Below, in pieces: positions 43,173 to 57,215 of a stretch of 64,000 nucleotides of DNA. Under the pieces are notes generated by a model. The model worked only from the letters and a program-made list of their open reading frames with translations, had not been told where the DNA came from and did no database searches. The position numbers and the translations under genes were made by a program. Source of the stretch: Eledone cirrhosa (lineage: Eukaryota); contig OZ024741.1 in assembly GCA_964016885.1 (NCBI GenBank), forward strand, positions 215,016,001-215,080,000, written 5' to 3'. The first letter of the stretch is position 1. Each line of letters begins with the position of its first letter.

Positions 43173-44099
43173 TAGTCTTGATTCTCATTGGTCAGTTTGT
43201 AGATGTGTAGTAGGGTTAGTATTTGACCTCAAAGAGGTAGGTGGTGTTGTAAAGTTCAAACCGTCCGGCAAGATGACAATATTTCCATATGACTGATTTT
43301 TACAAAAAGCTATCCTGGTCAGATATATATTCAATTAAGGTTAATAGTATGAAATAGATACTACAGGTCATTCTTAAATTGAGGAATTTATGTGGAAGTG
43401 GTGCTACTGAAATTATATGGTTAGAGTAAAAATTTACAAATAAAATACTTATGTAGGTTGGCTTGCACGTACACTCACACCACCTCCACAGACACACACA
43501 CACATCCACACATAAAAAATGTGGGGTGGTATTACTTAGATAGTTTAGAAAATTTAGAAATAAAAGGTTTATGCTGGTTGACTTGTACATACACTCACAC
43601 CTACCCCCTCAGACACTCACACATCTACACACACAAATTCATACAGGTGTGTATATATATATATATGTATGCATGTATGTACGCACAAGTATCTATATAT
43701 ATAAAATATATATATATACACAGAACATACATATATATAAAATATATATATATACATAAAATACACACATACATGAAATATATACACACATAAAACATAC
43801 ATACATACATATATATAAGATACACATACATATACATATATATATAAAATATATACATATATATATACATATATATATATAAAATATACATATATACACA
43901 TAAAATATATATATACACATGATATACACATACATATATATATAAAATCAGGTTCAATAAAACGTGGTTTTGATGACTCCTAACCAGTAGACCATCCACC
44001 ATAGGGACCACAACCTATGGGTGGTTGTTGTTGTCCATTGGTCATTGGTACGGGGTGTAGGGGACCTACAGGGGGCGTTGTGGGAAGCCGTAACTGGGT

Positions 44100-44455
44100 T
44101 TATCCATATAGCTTGAGGAAAGTTCCCGTCCTTAGGTGTCTGCAGGCATCGAATAAGTCGGCCCTTCTGTTTAATAATTTGGTTCCGCCATGAAGAATCT
44201 CGAGTGTCTCACTAAGACAGAGGTTGCAAATACCAGACCCGCCTCTGTCTGGGGGAACCTTTCTAACCACGGACCAGACCAGAGAGTGAGGGGTCTTTTC
44301 AAGTTTGAGCTTCCAGATCAATTCAGAAAGGGCCGTACATTTCCTCTTATCTATTCTGTTAAAGGAATGGCGATGGTTATACCACCGATCTTTGAAACTC
44401 GTCGCTGTGGATCCTATGTAGTGGTGCTCCGAGTTAGGGGTTGTAACCTTGCACC
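44100..44455 (-). pseudogene. PLE GIY-YIG C-terminal fragment (probably Naiad-type)
   Basis: Manual extension of the ORF: CKVTTPNSEHHYIGSTATSFKDRWYNHRHSF...TALSELIWKLK...CNLCLSETLEI...LLNRRADLFDACRH. Confidence 0.88.
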
Positions 44456-44872
44456 ATTCTGTATATATATATATACATATATACAGAAGTGGTTACACAA
44501 CAGTTAGTTCACCATACAGAGAACAATTGTTTCACCTTAGCGGATCCTCAGCTAGTAATACTGTCTCTACCTTCTGGGCTACTCGTCCCATGGACTGAGT
44601 GCTCTACAACTACGGATATAATCTGCCAGTGTACTACCTCTCTCTATATCTATCTATCTATCTATCTATCTTGATAGAGTAAGACACGCTTCACATCGGC
44701 TCCGCTATTCCATCGGGATTTACCCTTACTATAGTAAGTACCAGATAAATTTTTCAGTGCAACACATTTGGAACACTAACCCCTGTTATTTAGGGAAACA
44801 TTTTTACATTTACCCCCTTTTTAGGGGGTAAAATAAATATCTATTTTGCTGTAAAATTTCTTTCTTGGCAGC

Positions 44873-46495
44873 ATGGCGGAAAAGATGGCAGACATGTCTG
44901 CCATTAGCTCTGCCACGCCCCCCAAGTCTGAAGAACAAAAAATAAATACAACAAAATTAGACAACGAAACAAACAAGGAAAATGAAAAAACAAATGTTAC
45001 GGAAAATGAGCAAACAGAAAACAAACAAACAGAAAATAATAATACAAATATCAACAAGGCAACTTTCGCCCAGAAAACAAAACAGTCCATAACATATACA
45101 CCAATAGACCTAACTGCCGCCAGAGAAAAACTGGCCGAAGCAAAGAAACACATTGTTTTGGGGGAGAACGGAATGTTTTCCATTAACTCCCCCCCCCCAG
45201 AATTCAAGAAAGCGAGAACAGAGAACACAGTTCTCTTCAGAACAATCCTAAACCAAACAAGAAAGCCGGCACAGCCCAGCCAAATGGAGATAGAGTTGGT
45301 CCTAAAAGACTATATGAAGAATATTCTCTTCATACGAAAGGACCGACTCTATGGCAGCATTTCGGTCTGAACAAAAGACAAGGAAACGGCGCAGAAGCTT
45401 TCCCTAAGCCGACTCTCATCGACAACATACAGCTTCTATCCCTCCTACATGGGTAGAAGAACACAGAGAGTAAAAATACAAACAATGCTGCCCACAATGG
45501 ACTTCTGGTGGGCTATTGCTGGCTTCATAGACATGGGCGAGGACACAGTGCTGTCAATGGGGAAGGCATCCGGAGATGCGTTCCTGGGAATGGGCCTCGA
45601 CCTACTAGTCCAAATGAGGCCCGAAAGAATAGCACAAATCCCGGATCGCATCTGGCTGGATGAGCTCACCCCAATAGATATAATTGTAGAGGGGAGAAGA
45701 CCAGCATGCTATTTATGCACGGAAAGGGGACACATTAAGGCTAACTGCCCGAAACGTATCCCCCAAAAAGGACTATTGCCCACACCCACCACAAACAGTA
45801 CACCAACACCACCCACCTCCAAAAATACACTAATACCACACACAGCAAACAAAATACAAACACCGCCAAGCACAACACAAACATCACCACCACCAGCACC
45901 AAACACAAGCACGACACAAAAATCACCACCACCAACACAAACACCACCACCACCATTACCAACCACAAGCACGACACAAACAGCACCACCACCACCACAA
46001 AACGCATTCCAAACAAATAATTAAAAAAACAGCAACAAATCTACCCCTCCCGCAAAAAAACAACAACCAGACACGACGTCCCTCCCACCTAGCGCTGAAG
46101 AGTTTCCCCCAACTTCTGAAGAAGAAGGAGGAGAAGCCTTCAGACAAGTTAAAAGAAAAAAAAGAAAGCACACACCCAGCACACCACAAATAACCCACAC
46201 ACAAACACCAACTCCAATAAAAAACACCCCACCCTCATCAAACAAAAATAAATCTGCACCTCCCCTCTCCGAAACATTGACAGCATCACAAAAAAAGACA
46301 TTGCAATACACATATATAAATAAAGAAAACAAAAAACTGTTTAAATTAATAAACAATAGCCCTTTGGTGCAGACCGAAGGGCCAAACTTTATCTCAACAA
46401 AGAACTTCACCCATTTAAAAATGATAAAGGTCCCTCTGGACCTTTATCGTTCCTTAAAAGAACAATTTAGACAGGACGTGAGCCCCCCTGTTTAA
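44873..46495 (+). pseudogene. LINE ORF1 (gag-like zinc knuckle, Pro/Thr-rich tail), interrupted
   Basis: VEGRRPACYLCTERGHIKANCP (CX2CX4HX4C). In-frame TGA at 45368-45370 and a break near 46020. Confidence 0.8.
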
Positions 46496-46703
46496 AACCG
46501 TTAAATCGCGTCCTCTTGAAAGATTTCCCCATAACCTCCCCTCTCCCTGACACAACTCCAAACACCCCAACCCCACCACACTCGGGCACCCCCACACCAC
46601 CACAAAACATCCCTCCACCTAACACACCTGACGCCATGGAAATTACACAACCCGGAGAGGTAGGTGCTTTTCTTTCTTCACTTTCAACACCAAAATAGAT
46701 CAA

Positions 46704-49700
46704 TTGAGAGTTGGCTGTTTGAACGCGCGTGGCCTGGGCTCAGCTTGGAAGCAAGCAAAGCTACTAAGTGACCTCAGGTCACGAAGTATAGATGTGATGG
46801 TTGTTTGCGAGAGTCGGATCAGCAGCGTGCGACAGCTGGCTCCCGCCTTCGATGACTTTGAGATGCACGCATCTCTCTGTCAACCCGGAGGCGGGGGGGG
46901 GGGGTGCCGTACTGTTGGATAAACGTCTGGCTCTCGACGTACAGATTGTTCACTCGGACCCGGGGGGTTGATTACTGGTGCTGGACGTCGGAGGCGGTGA
47001 AGGCGGGGCTTTCAGACTGGTCGGTCTTTATGCCCCCTTCGGGGCTGAAAGAGCCGACTTCTTCCAGCGTCTGGAGACTTTTCTAGGAACGTCGCGTTCC
47101 CTGCTTTTAGTGGGGGACTGGAATGGAATCCTAGATGCGCGTTGGGACTATGCAGGGGCATGTCCCGATAGAGGGGGGTGTAGCAGCCTCAAGGGGTTAC
47201 TCGATCGATTCGACCTGGTCGATAGATTTCGACTAGATTGTCCAACTGCGCCAACCTGGACCTGGGCAAACCGCAGTGGACAATCTAGATCGTACCTAGA
47301 TAGATTTTTGGTTAGGAGTAAGGATAGGGACTATTTAGTTGTCCAGAATTGATCATGGTTGGCTATTCAGATCACAAATTAGTGACCTGCGTGGTCAACC
47401 TTGATAGAACGCATAGACAGGGTCGCGGTTACTGGAAGATGAACTTGTCCTTGCCGGCAAAGAAAGATTACAGGAACCGGATTAGTAGCTTAGTTAAGAT
47501 GCGGTTGACGGGAGCGATCGTCAACAGTAGGTGGTGGGTATCTCTAAAGAGAGAGATTAGAGTAAGTTCGATAGGTTACAGTAAGGAACTAGCGGCGAAT
47601 AGAAATAGGAAGGAAAGGGAGTTAACAGATAAACTAGAAGAGGCGATTAGGAGCGGAGACGTAGCCAGAGTGTTAGCGGCGAGAACGGCGTTGAGCCAGT
47701 TCTTTGACGCGAAGCACGAAGGCTGCGTTGTCCGAAGTAAAATACGTGCTTTAGGAAACGAGGGGACCAAAGCTGTTAGCTAGGCCCGCGTGACAGAAGC
47801 CAAGAGTGGGATTAAATCCACCATTCGGTCTTTGCGAGACCAGGATGGACGGGTGATCCTTGAACCTGAGCGGATGTGCGAGGCCTTTCAAAGGCACTTT
47901 GCTCGACTGTTTGGAGGGGGCGGGGGGCCGGACGGGGATGTGGACTTCGGTCCATACCTCGACGGTCTACCGCGTCTTTCGAGCGGCGAAGCGGAGTGCT
48001 GCGAAAGGCCAATCACAGCCACTGAAATCGGGGAAGCGCTCAGCCAATGCAGCAGACGCAAATCTCCGGGTCTCGATGGTCTACCATACGAACTTTATTT
48101 AGCTATGCCGGTCTTGTTCTCCGAACTCCTCGAGGCTGTCTATTGCAACTGGCAACAGAACGGGAGAATTCCCTGTTCTGTGACCAAGGGCGTGGTCACG
48201 CTAGTGAGGAAGGACGAGAGCAAGGGGGACGACTTAAGTAACTTTAGGCCCATAACTCTGCTGAATGCAGAGTTACAGATTTTGGCAAGGTGTTGGCGAA
48301 GAGGTTGGCGCTTGTGGTGGGTGGTTTGGTGGGAGACGCGCAGACATGCGCTATCCCGTCCAGGTCCATTCACGACAACCTCCACCTCATGCGATACATC
48401 ATAGAGAGGGTTGGCAACGAACCCGGCTTTGGTGGGGCCCTGATCAACTTGGATCAATCTAAGGCGTTCGATAGGGTCGACCATGGTTACCTGGATGCGG
48501 TGCTAGCGGCGGCGGGCTTCGGACCCGTTTTCAGGGGCTGGATTTCTGCCATGCACAGTGGCAACATCTACTCTAGGATTAAAGTAAACGGCTACCTCTC
48601 GGAGCCGTTTCAAATCACCCGGTCCATCAGACAGGGGTGCCCCCTCTCCTCCCTTCTGTACGTATTGACTCTCGAGCCACTGCTGCGGAAGTTGGAGTTG
48701 CTGCGGGGCATACCCCTGGAACCGGGATTGCACAAAGCGGTCTCGGCCTATGCCGACGACGTAACAGTAATGGTGGCGGACGCCTCGGAAATCGGGGCGA
48801 TCGCCACCCTACTGGAGAAATACGAAAGGCTGACGGGGGCTAGGCTGAACCGGGACAAGTCAGTCGGTTTGCAACTCGGAACGTGGAGGGGCAAACCGAT
48901 GCCGTTAGACGATATCGTCGGGCGGTGGACGGAGGGCCCGGTGAAGCTGCTCGGGGTCTGGTTCGGACCGGACCTCCAGGTGGAGAAGAATTGGGGCGAG
49001 GTGACGAGCAGGGTGTTTGCGCTGACCCAGAAGTGGGCCAAGTGAAAACTATCACTGAAAGGTCGGGCGGAGGTGACGAACGCTTACATAGCGTCCGTCA
49101 TCTGCTACCGCCTGACCGTCGTGCCTTGCCCCAAGGAAAAGATCACCATCATGGAACGCATGCTCTTCCAGTTCCTCTGGAAGAAGCGGCCTCCCATGGT
49201 GAGGAGATCCATCTGCTGCCAGCACCCTTCGAAAGGAGGGCTGGGTATGCCGTGGCTGTTGATGCGTAGGCACGCATTGAGGCTACGGCATCTACAGGTA
49301 TTCCTCACCGGTCAGCCGGTGTGGGCCCCGTTTGTGAGGCGAGCCTTCCCACAGCTCGTCTCGCTCACCGAGCTGCAATCCTGGGTGAAGCAAAGACCGA
49401 GAAAACTGGGCAACTGGCACACCGAGTGTGCCCAGGCGCTCACGGCTATCTGGCAAGCGGACCCGACTGTCAGTGGAGAATCCACCTCGACATTCTATAG
49501 AGGGCTGGTGGCTAGCAGGGGCGACGACACCCTTGGAGAGTCGCTAGGCATGGAGGAGGACGAACTGGCCAGCCTGTTCGGTAGAACTTTCGGCCCGGGA
49601 CCCATGGACAACTTCCAGAGGTCCCTAGCCTGGCAGTGTTACCGGGGGGCTCTGCCCGTTCGAGAAAAGCTCTACAGACACGGGCGCCCGGGCAGGGATC

Positions 49701-50131
49701 CAGCGAAAAAGATCTGTCCCAGATGCGTGCGCGACGAGGAAACCGTTGCGCATGCACTGGTACACTGCCCTGGCGTTGCCGATCTGTGGGGCTACGTCGA
49801 ACGACTGCTGTCGCGTGTGGCGCCGATTCGATTAACCGCCGAGTCTGTGGTGAAAATCAAGCCGCCGCCTCCCTTCAGAAACGAAGCAGAGGCGGTCTTT
49901 CTGTGCGTAATAGCTATGATGAAAGAGGTTGTGTGGTGGACGCGCCTGAAAGGTCTGGGGTCGGGTGACTTTCTCTCCGGCCATCACCTGGTTTACTTCT
50001 TCCGATACCACTTCGGAAGAAGGATCAGGATGGAGAAAGAAGTGCTTGGCCCCAGACAGTTTTATGAAAGGTGGGTGAAAGAAGCGAGAATGGCTCGTGT
50101 AAATGGGCCTTCTCTCTACATTGTTCTGTAG
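46704..50131 (+). pseudogene. LINE ORF2: AP endonuclease + reverse transcriptase + C-terminal zinc finger, with about five frameshifts/stops
   Basis: GCLNARGL, VCES, LYAP, VGDWN, SYLDRF, SDH, KSPGLDGLPYE, FRPITLLN, LDQSKAFDRV, RQGCPLS, AYADDV, GGLG, CPRC...ETVAHALVHC. Confidence 0.95.
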
Positions 50132-50489
50132 GTGAAGAAGTAAAGAGGAAAGGGGGAGCGCCTCCTCTCTGGGCTTCCCCCGCGAAAAGGGTTGCACACT
50201 TTTCGGGGGTATGTGCAATCCCGAACACGCCCCCTCCCTTTTGAGGACTTTTTATTATTATATTATTATTGTTATTCCTTTTTTCTTTACTCGATTTATG
50301 TAAACTCCCCCACTGTGTATTTGTTCCCTTCTTTTGTGCCCTCGTGGCAAATAAATAGAAATTTATCTATATATATATATATATATATATATATAAGTTT
50401 ATCCCGGGTTCACAGTAAGTAAGGTACTCAATACAAAGCAGAGTATAAATATTTAATATAGAAAAGACTTCTACAGGACTAGAACTGTA

Positions 50490-51075
50490 AGATTACTAAT
50501 GTAGGCGGGAAGCCGCTAGAATTGGTTGAGGACTTCCCGTATTTGGAAGCAAAGATTGGGAATACGGAAGATGATGTGGTCGAGAGGAAGAGCAAAGCCT
50601 GGGCGGCGTGCCACAGCTTGAGATCGGTGTGGAAGTCGGACCTTCATAAAGACCTGAAGATCCGTCTCTTCGTTACTGTAGTGGAGTCTGTGCTGCTGTA
50701 CGGGTCTGAGACTTGGACACTGACCAAGAAACTTACTCAGAGAATGCTGAGGATGGTTCTGAACATTAATCAGTATACACTGAGGATGAAGAACTCAGAG
50801 CTGTACGGGAGCCTCCCAAAATTCAGCTCAAAAGGGACACAGAGGAGACTGAGTTTAGCTGGACATGCTCACTGACATCTAGAGTTAACACTGCACTCAG
50901 TGCTCCTGTGGGAGCCCCTGCTCGGACACACTGGAAGAGGAAGACCGAGGATAACATATGTTGATGCTCTAAGGATAGACACTGGTCTCTTGGAGACGCA
51001 GGACATGGCAGTGATAATGAGGGACAGAGACCGCTGGAGAGAACTCGTCCATGGATCTCGGGAATTTTACCCGCC
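50490..51075 (+). mobile_element. RTE-clade LINE 3' fragment
   Basis: LELVEDFPYL...LKIRLFVTVVESVLLYGSETWTLTK...RRLSLAGH...LLWEP..GRGRPRITYVD...MRDRDRWR. Ends at (TA)n. Confidence 0.88.
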
Positions 51076-51092
51076 ATATATATATATATATA

Positions 51093-51403
51093 TATTAGAA
51101 ATTGAACAGCACAAAATATAACTACTCCATTACCAAAGATTTCTGGATCCCAGGCAATAATAATTGTTTCTACTTTAGGCACAAGGCTAGCAATTACCCA
51201 GTACATTACTGGTACTTTATTTTATCGACCCCGTAAGGATGAAAGGCAAAGTTAACCTCGGTGGAATTTGAACTCAGAATAATAATATACGTCTGGCAGA
51301 GATGTTATGGATAAAAGATATGAAAAACGTATGTTATTATTGTCTGGGATCCAGAAACCTTTGGTAATGGAGTAGTTATATTTTGTGTTGTTCACTTTCT
51401 AAT
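51093..51403. repeat. ~70-bp inverted repeats enclosing a truncated SINE S1 (51160-51280, minus)
   Basis: ATATAACTACTCCATTACCAAAG.TTTCTGGATCCCAG and its reverse complement at 51343-51383. Confidence 0.8.
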
Positions 51404-51477
51404 TAAATAGCTCTGTTCTATACATAGAGCACTCTTTTTTTCTTTGCTTTTCCTTCGGAATTACCTAACACACACAC

Positions 51478-51635
<158 letters not shown>

Positions 51636-51716
51636 GGTAAACAGAAATAACAACACAATCGGTACAGTATATGGAAGGAATATATTAGGTTAACGCTTGA
51701 TATAGCAGGAAGAGTG

Positions 51717-51752
51717 CCTTAACGTTTCGGGCGCTAGTCCTTCATCAGAAGA
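51717..51752 (-). ncRNA. Minimal type I HHR (GAAACGUU type)
   Basis: The reverse complement is CTT-CTGATGA-AGGACTAGCGCCC-GAA-ACGT-T-AAG. Stem II is imperfect. Confidence 0.6.
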
Positions 51753-52353
51753 AAGAATGCGAAATAAGATAGATTGAGCGGGTTGGAATTGGATAAAATG
51801 TCTTTAGATAAAAATAAAAGGTCACGCGTGTGTGTGTGAATATATGTGCGTGTGTATATATTTATGTATGTATACATATAGGCGATAAGTAAACGGATAA
51901 ACAATACAGGAAAACAATAGAGTACACTTAAGATATATTAGTTTAAAGCTTGATAAAATCGGAAAATATATACATATTTACATATATGTAAAATTACAAT
52001 GAAACTAAAAATTGAACTTGTTTGCACTGACTATCTAAAATGACCTACTTGGGGAAAATGTAGCTTTGTTTACAGGTAATACAATTCTAAAGGCCTGTGT
52101 TTGTCTTTTAATTTGAACGATAGTTGACCGGGGAACATCACCTAGTGGTGCTTTTGTCCTTACTTTCTCACTTTCATTGCGTTGACCTTGAAAAATGGTT
52201 GAATTCTTAGGAACGATCCAGATAAGTCATGATTTCGTTAATATTGCAAATATCAGATTACGTGGTTGATCATTTTTATACGTGTAGATTTGTATATATA
52301 TTATTTAATCTTAATTATATTTTGCATTCGTGTGTATATTATATTCATTTGAA

Positions 52354-52546
52354 GGGCGGTGGATGGGTAATATCGATAAAGGCTCGGACGCTATACTTTG
52401 CAGCATAGAATTACGCCCCTTTAAGGTCTGAGTTCAAATCCCACCGAGATTAATATTGCCTTTCATTCTTATGGGGTCAATAAAATAAAGTACCAGTAAT
52501 GCACTGGGATAATTGCTGGCCTTGTTCCAAAAGTAGAAACAATTAT
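52354..52546 (+). mobile_element. SINE S1 full length (diverged)
   Basis: Matches the S1 consensus, including GAGTTCAAATCC. Confidence 0.85.
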
Positions 52547-52767
52547 ATTTATTTTATGTAAATAACGACATTGAGGTTTATACCTTTTGTGTCGCCTTTC
52601 GTTATCGTATTTTCTGATCTCATATATATATATATTTTTTTTTTATCATGGATTAATTTCGCTTATTTCTTAAATAGATTGGGTATATTCTTCATTATTA
52701 TTATTTTGGTTTTAGGTTTTGTTGTAAAAACCAGAGCTGTTGTGCTTTTCATCTTGTATTATTTCAC

Positions 52768-52886
52768 TCTGAGTTCAAATCCCGCCGAGGTTGACTTTGC
52801 CTTTCATCCTTACGGGGTCGATAAAATAAAGTACCAGTAATGCACTGGGTAATTGCTGGCCTTGTGCCTAAAGTAGAAACAATTAT
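52768..52886 (+). mobile_element. SINE S1, 5'-truncated
   Basis: TCTGAGTTCAAATCCCGCCGAGGTTGACTTTGCC...AGTAGAAACAATTATT. Confidence 0.88.
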
Positions 52887-53020
52887 TTCACTTATTTCTT
52901 TAATGGATAATTTGAGGGTCAAAGGTCACGGGTATACAAGAGAGTATGGAACACGGCCTATTACGTAATATGGTCGTAGTGGCTGCAGATAATAATAGCT
53001 TTGGCTTTATTCTGTAGAAA

Positions 53021-53515
53021 CTAGCAGAAAAACCACCCTTCGTCTGGTTTTCTGCTAGCATGTGTAGTGTGCATATTGATATTATACGCAAGTATATACG
53101 CATATAGATATGATATGGCAAATAAAATCGTAATTGATAATATACACAGAAATTGAACGAAGACTGTGTTACACTGTCTTATGTAATCAGTGACGTAATC
53201 CATGATACATTACAAAAAATACGATATTATATATAATTACGATAACTGCATTAGGAGAAAACTAGCGACGGAAATATATGCGATGTTTTTATAAGTGTTA
53301 TAATATAACCGGAAGTGTTGACATTTGTAAATTTTAAAGAAGTGAATCTTTAAATAAGCAATAAATTATATTTAATCAGGAGTTACGAAAAATAGTACAT
53401 AAATTATGTAATATTCATTCATTATTAATTCAAAGTAGTCCAACTTATTTACAGGTGGGGTAAAGAAATATATTCTGGATGCAGTCTCGCACACCTTTCT
53501 TTATTATAGTTAATA
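53021..53515 (-). mobile_element. Helitron-like H2 copy (partial third copy 54087-54205)
   Basis: Colinear with 8178-8663. Confidence 0.75.
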
Positions 53516-53747
53516 TTACGTAATATGACAGCTGCAGCTTGATAACGTCTGTCTTCCACATTCGGTGGCTATTAAGGTCTGGTAGTGTAAGATGACTGTG
53601 GGAGAATAGGTGGACACGTATGATTTGACAAATTTGGTGGGCGTGTATGGTCTGTTTGACAGGAGTCATTGGTACAGGTCGGCGTTCGGCTTAGGGACTT
53701 TGCTGAGCAGCTGTAGACTTATTGTAGAAATAACAGTCTTATTTACG

Positions 53748-53818
<71 letters not shown>

Positions 53819-54319
53819 TATTTTGCAGTGCACTGTATGCTTAATTAAAAGCATTTTGAAGACCATACACTATTGTTTTAAAATAGTGGCAGGGGAGATA
53901 AACTGACAGAACTCTGTTTCGTACTGATTGGTACTTATCAAAGCTCACTACTCCTTCTGTTTGCTGATAATGATGTGTGTTGGATTCTTATAGAATTCCA
54001 ATATTAATCTGCTGGACCGGCGACCGCTCTGTATAATCAGTTCCTGATTATTACTGGAATTCTATAAGAATCCAACACACATAATTACGAAAATTATGTA
54101 ATATTCATTCATTATTTATTCAAAGTAATCCAACTTATTTTATAAACGGGGTAAAAAAATATATTCTGGACGCAGTCCCGCATTCCTTTCTTATTATAGT
54201 TAAGATTGATTGGTGACGCGTGTTTCGCCATTGATCAGCTCAAGATTCGATATGTATCGATCTGATCCGACTCTGGAATTAAAATGTACGTATGTGTGTA
54301 GCTATATCTATATCTATAG

Positions 54320-54394
<75 letters not shown>

Positions 54395-54531
54395 TGTGTG
54401 TGTGTGTTGGTATTTATATATTTTCTGGTGGTAGGAGAGGGTGGGGATTCGGATGGATTGAGGTCATTGATTGATTGATGGATTTAAAGAAAAGGGAATT
54501 CATTAAACGCTAATTCTTTAAAGCTATAAAT

Positions 54532-54602
<71 letters not shown>

Positions 54603-55074
54603 GAGAGAGAGAGAGAGAGAGATATGTTACCATAGATAGATAGAAGTATGCAAGTTTTTCCATACTCATAAATAAATGTATATATCTATAACTATCTTTC
54701 TATCTCTGTCTTTCCTTTTCTCTATCTCGTCTACATATAAACATATGTGTGTGTGTGTGAGTTTGTGTGTGTGTGTCTGAGAGAGTTTGTGGATGTGTGC
54801 GTCTGTCTGTGTGTGTCTATGTCTGTGTCTGCGTCTGTGTCTGTGTCTGTGTGTGTATGCATGTATGTATGTGTGTATGTGCGTGTGTGTGTGTATGTGT
54901 GTGTGTGTGTGTATGTGTGTGTGTGTCTATACACGTGACACTCTTCAATGAATATGTATGTATGTCCTCTACTGCTGTGCTGTTTCCTGAGATGTGCTTC
55001 CTGCTTTCAGCCTCCCAGTGTTTAAATAATGTTCCTACTACATTTAATAGGTTCACTAGCACACCGAGCCACTG

Positions 55075-55122
<48 letters not shown>

Positions 55123-56447
55123 GTTGTTGTTGTTGCTGTTGTTGTTAATGTTGTTATCATTATCATTATTAATGCTATTGTAGTGGTCACCGTCGCCGAT
55201 ATCGTTGTTATTGTTATTGTTATTAGTTTTGTTTAAATTGATTCTGTCTACAGAATCTGTTAAATCTTGCTTGCCTTTAGTGTCTTTGATGTTTTTGTCG
55301 GTGTTGGTGTTGTTGTGGACGATGATGGTGATGTTGATATTATTGTTGTTGCCGTTGTTGTAGCTGCTGTTAGTAGTAGATGTTGTGGCTATGATTTTGT
55401 TGTTGTAGCCGTTGGCCTTGTTGTTTGGTTGTTGTGAAGTTTTGTAGAGGAGAGTTTCAAGTTGTTGTTCTTGTTCACGATGGAGCTGGTCATGTCCTTC
55501 TTATTGTTTGTGGTCGTCTTGTGGTTCTTGTTTGTCTTATTGTTATTGTTGTTTTTTTAGTGGAGTTGTTGTAGTTGCTGGTACTGCTGCTACTGATGCT
55601 GCTGATGCTGCTGCTGCTATTAAAGGTACTTATTACAAAGGACCTACATATCCATATTGTTAAGCATCCCCTTACAACCGACACCAACTCCATCACATCC
55701 GTCGTCCCATAAAACCCCCACCAAGTGTATGTCATACTTCATCTTTCTACAACCACCACAAACTCCACGTTATACTCCCCCATACAACCACTTCCAATAC
55801 CACATCTTCCTTCTTCCCATACAAGTACCATCAACTCCACATTTCCCATCATCCCCTCAAAACTACCACCAACTCAATATCGTTCCTCATTCAGCTACAA
55901 CAACCACACAACCAACAACGCCATGCCTTCCCTCATCTCGCTACAGCCCACCCACCAACTCCATACTTTCATTGTTTCCCCCCACAACCACTACAGAAAC
56001 TCCATGCTATTCCTAATTACCCCTGCAACTATACCACCACCGCAGTATCTTCCTTCATTCCTCCACGAGAACCCCACCATCTCCATGTCAGCCTTCATTA
56101 CCTCTACAACCACATCATCAAATCCATGTCTTCTTTTATACTACACAATAGTAGGCGACATGAATAATATTTAGCTATGACCGTCCTATACTAATTATTC
56201 CGTCGCAGTTATTTTTTTATATGGTAATGGACATTCTCTGCTGGAGCATAATTGCTGCCATTGTTTACTTTAGTCTAACATTGTCCCACTATATTGATAT
56301 CATACACACATACATATAAATATATATATATAAATGTATGTGTGTATGTATATATACACACATATATACACAGAAATGTATATAGATTTTAGTATATATA
56401 TATATACATTTCTGTGTGTGTCTGTCTGTAGATAGATAGATAGATAG

Positions 56448-56538
<91 letters not shown>

Positions 56539-56772
56539 TGTTTATTTATCTATTTATGCATTCATCCTATGCTGTATCACTCTTTTACTCTGCTGCTAAA
56601 ATCCCCATGTTATTAATTACACAGAAAACAGAAATAAGAGGCTTGGACATACATTCTCTTCTCCTCCCGTAACACCTTCTTGTCTGATATTACCGTGAAA
56701 GATTAATTATCATACTTGATAATATCTACATAGTATGTCTTATTACATCTAATAAATATACTTCTACTAAGG

Positions 56773-56818
<46 letters not shown>

Positions 56819-57143
56819 ATACAATAACAGAGAAAGCTTTAAGCTAAGCTCTGACTGGTAACCATCTCACTCAACAAACATTAGGGTATACGTTAGTATA
56901 ATCCCAATGTTGTGTTTGGGGTGCTAACTATATGTATTTTGTAGAAAGCCAGTTGTATTATTTTATATGAGATATAATTAAAATTAAAATATATCTCTCT
57001 TTCCAAACAATTGTTTCATTATAAGTTTTCTACAAGTTGGGAGAATGTTTCCAGTTTATGTAGAAGCCTAACATATTTTTCTGTAAGAATATATATATAT
57101 ATATATAATCATTAGTAGAGGTACATGTAAGTATTAGATGTAA

Positions 57144-57215
<72 letters not shown>

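Larger units (their letters stand above)
44672..50365 (+). mobile_element. Near full-length Tx1/L1-group non-LTR retrotransposon (lesioned)
   Basis: 5' UTR, ORF1 with a CCHC knuckle, ORF2 APE-RT-zinc finger, T-rich 3' UTR with AATAAA at ~50349. Flanked by (TATC)n and (TA)n. Confidence 0.92.

Noticed and set aside
56652-56690. Possible host micro-exon on the minus strand (cag|ACAAGAAGG...GAAT|gtatgt); similar hints at ~31365 and ~36980
   Set aside because: Splice-like words alone are not enough; there is no recognisable protein or linked exons. RNA-seq would be needed.
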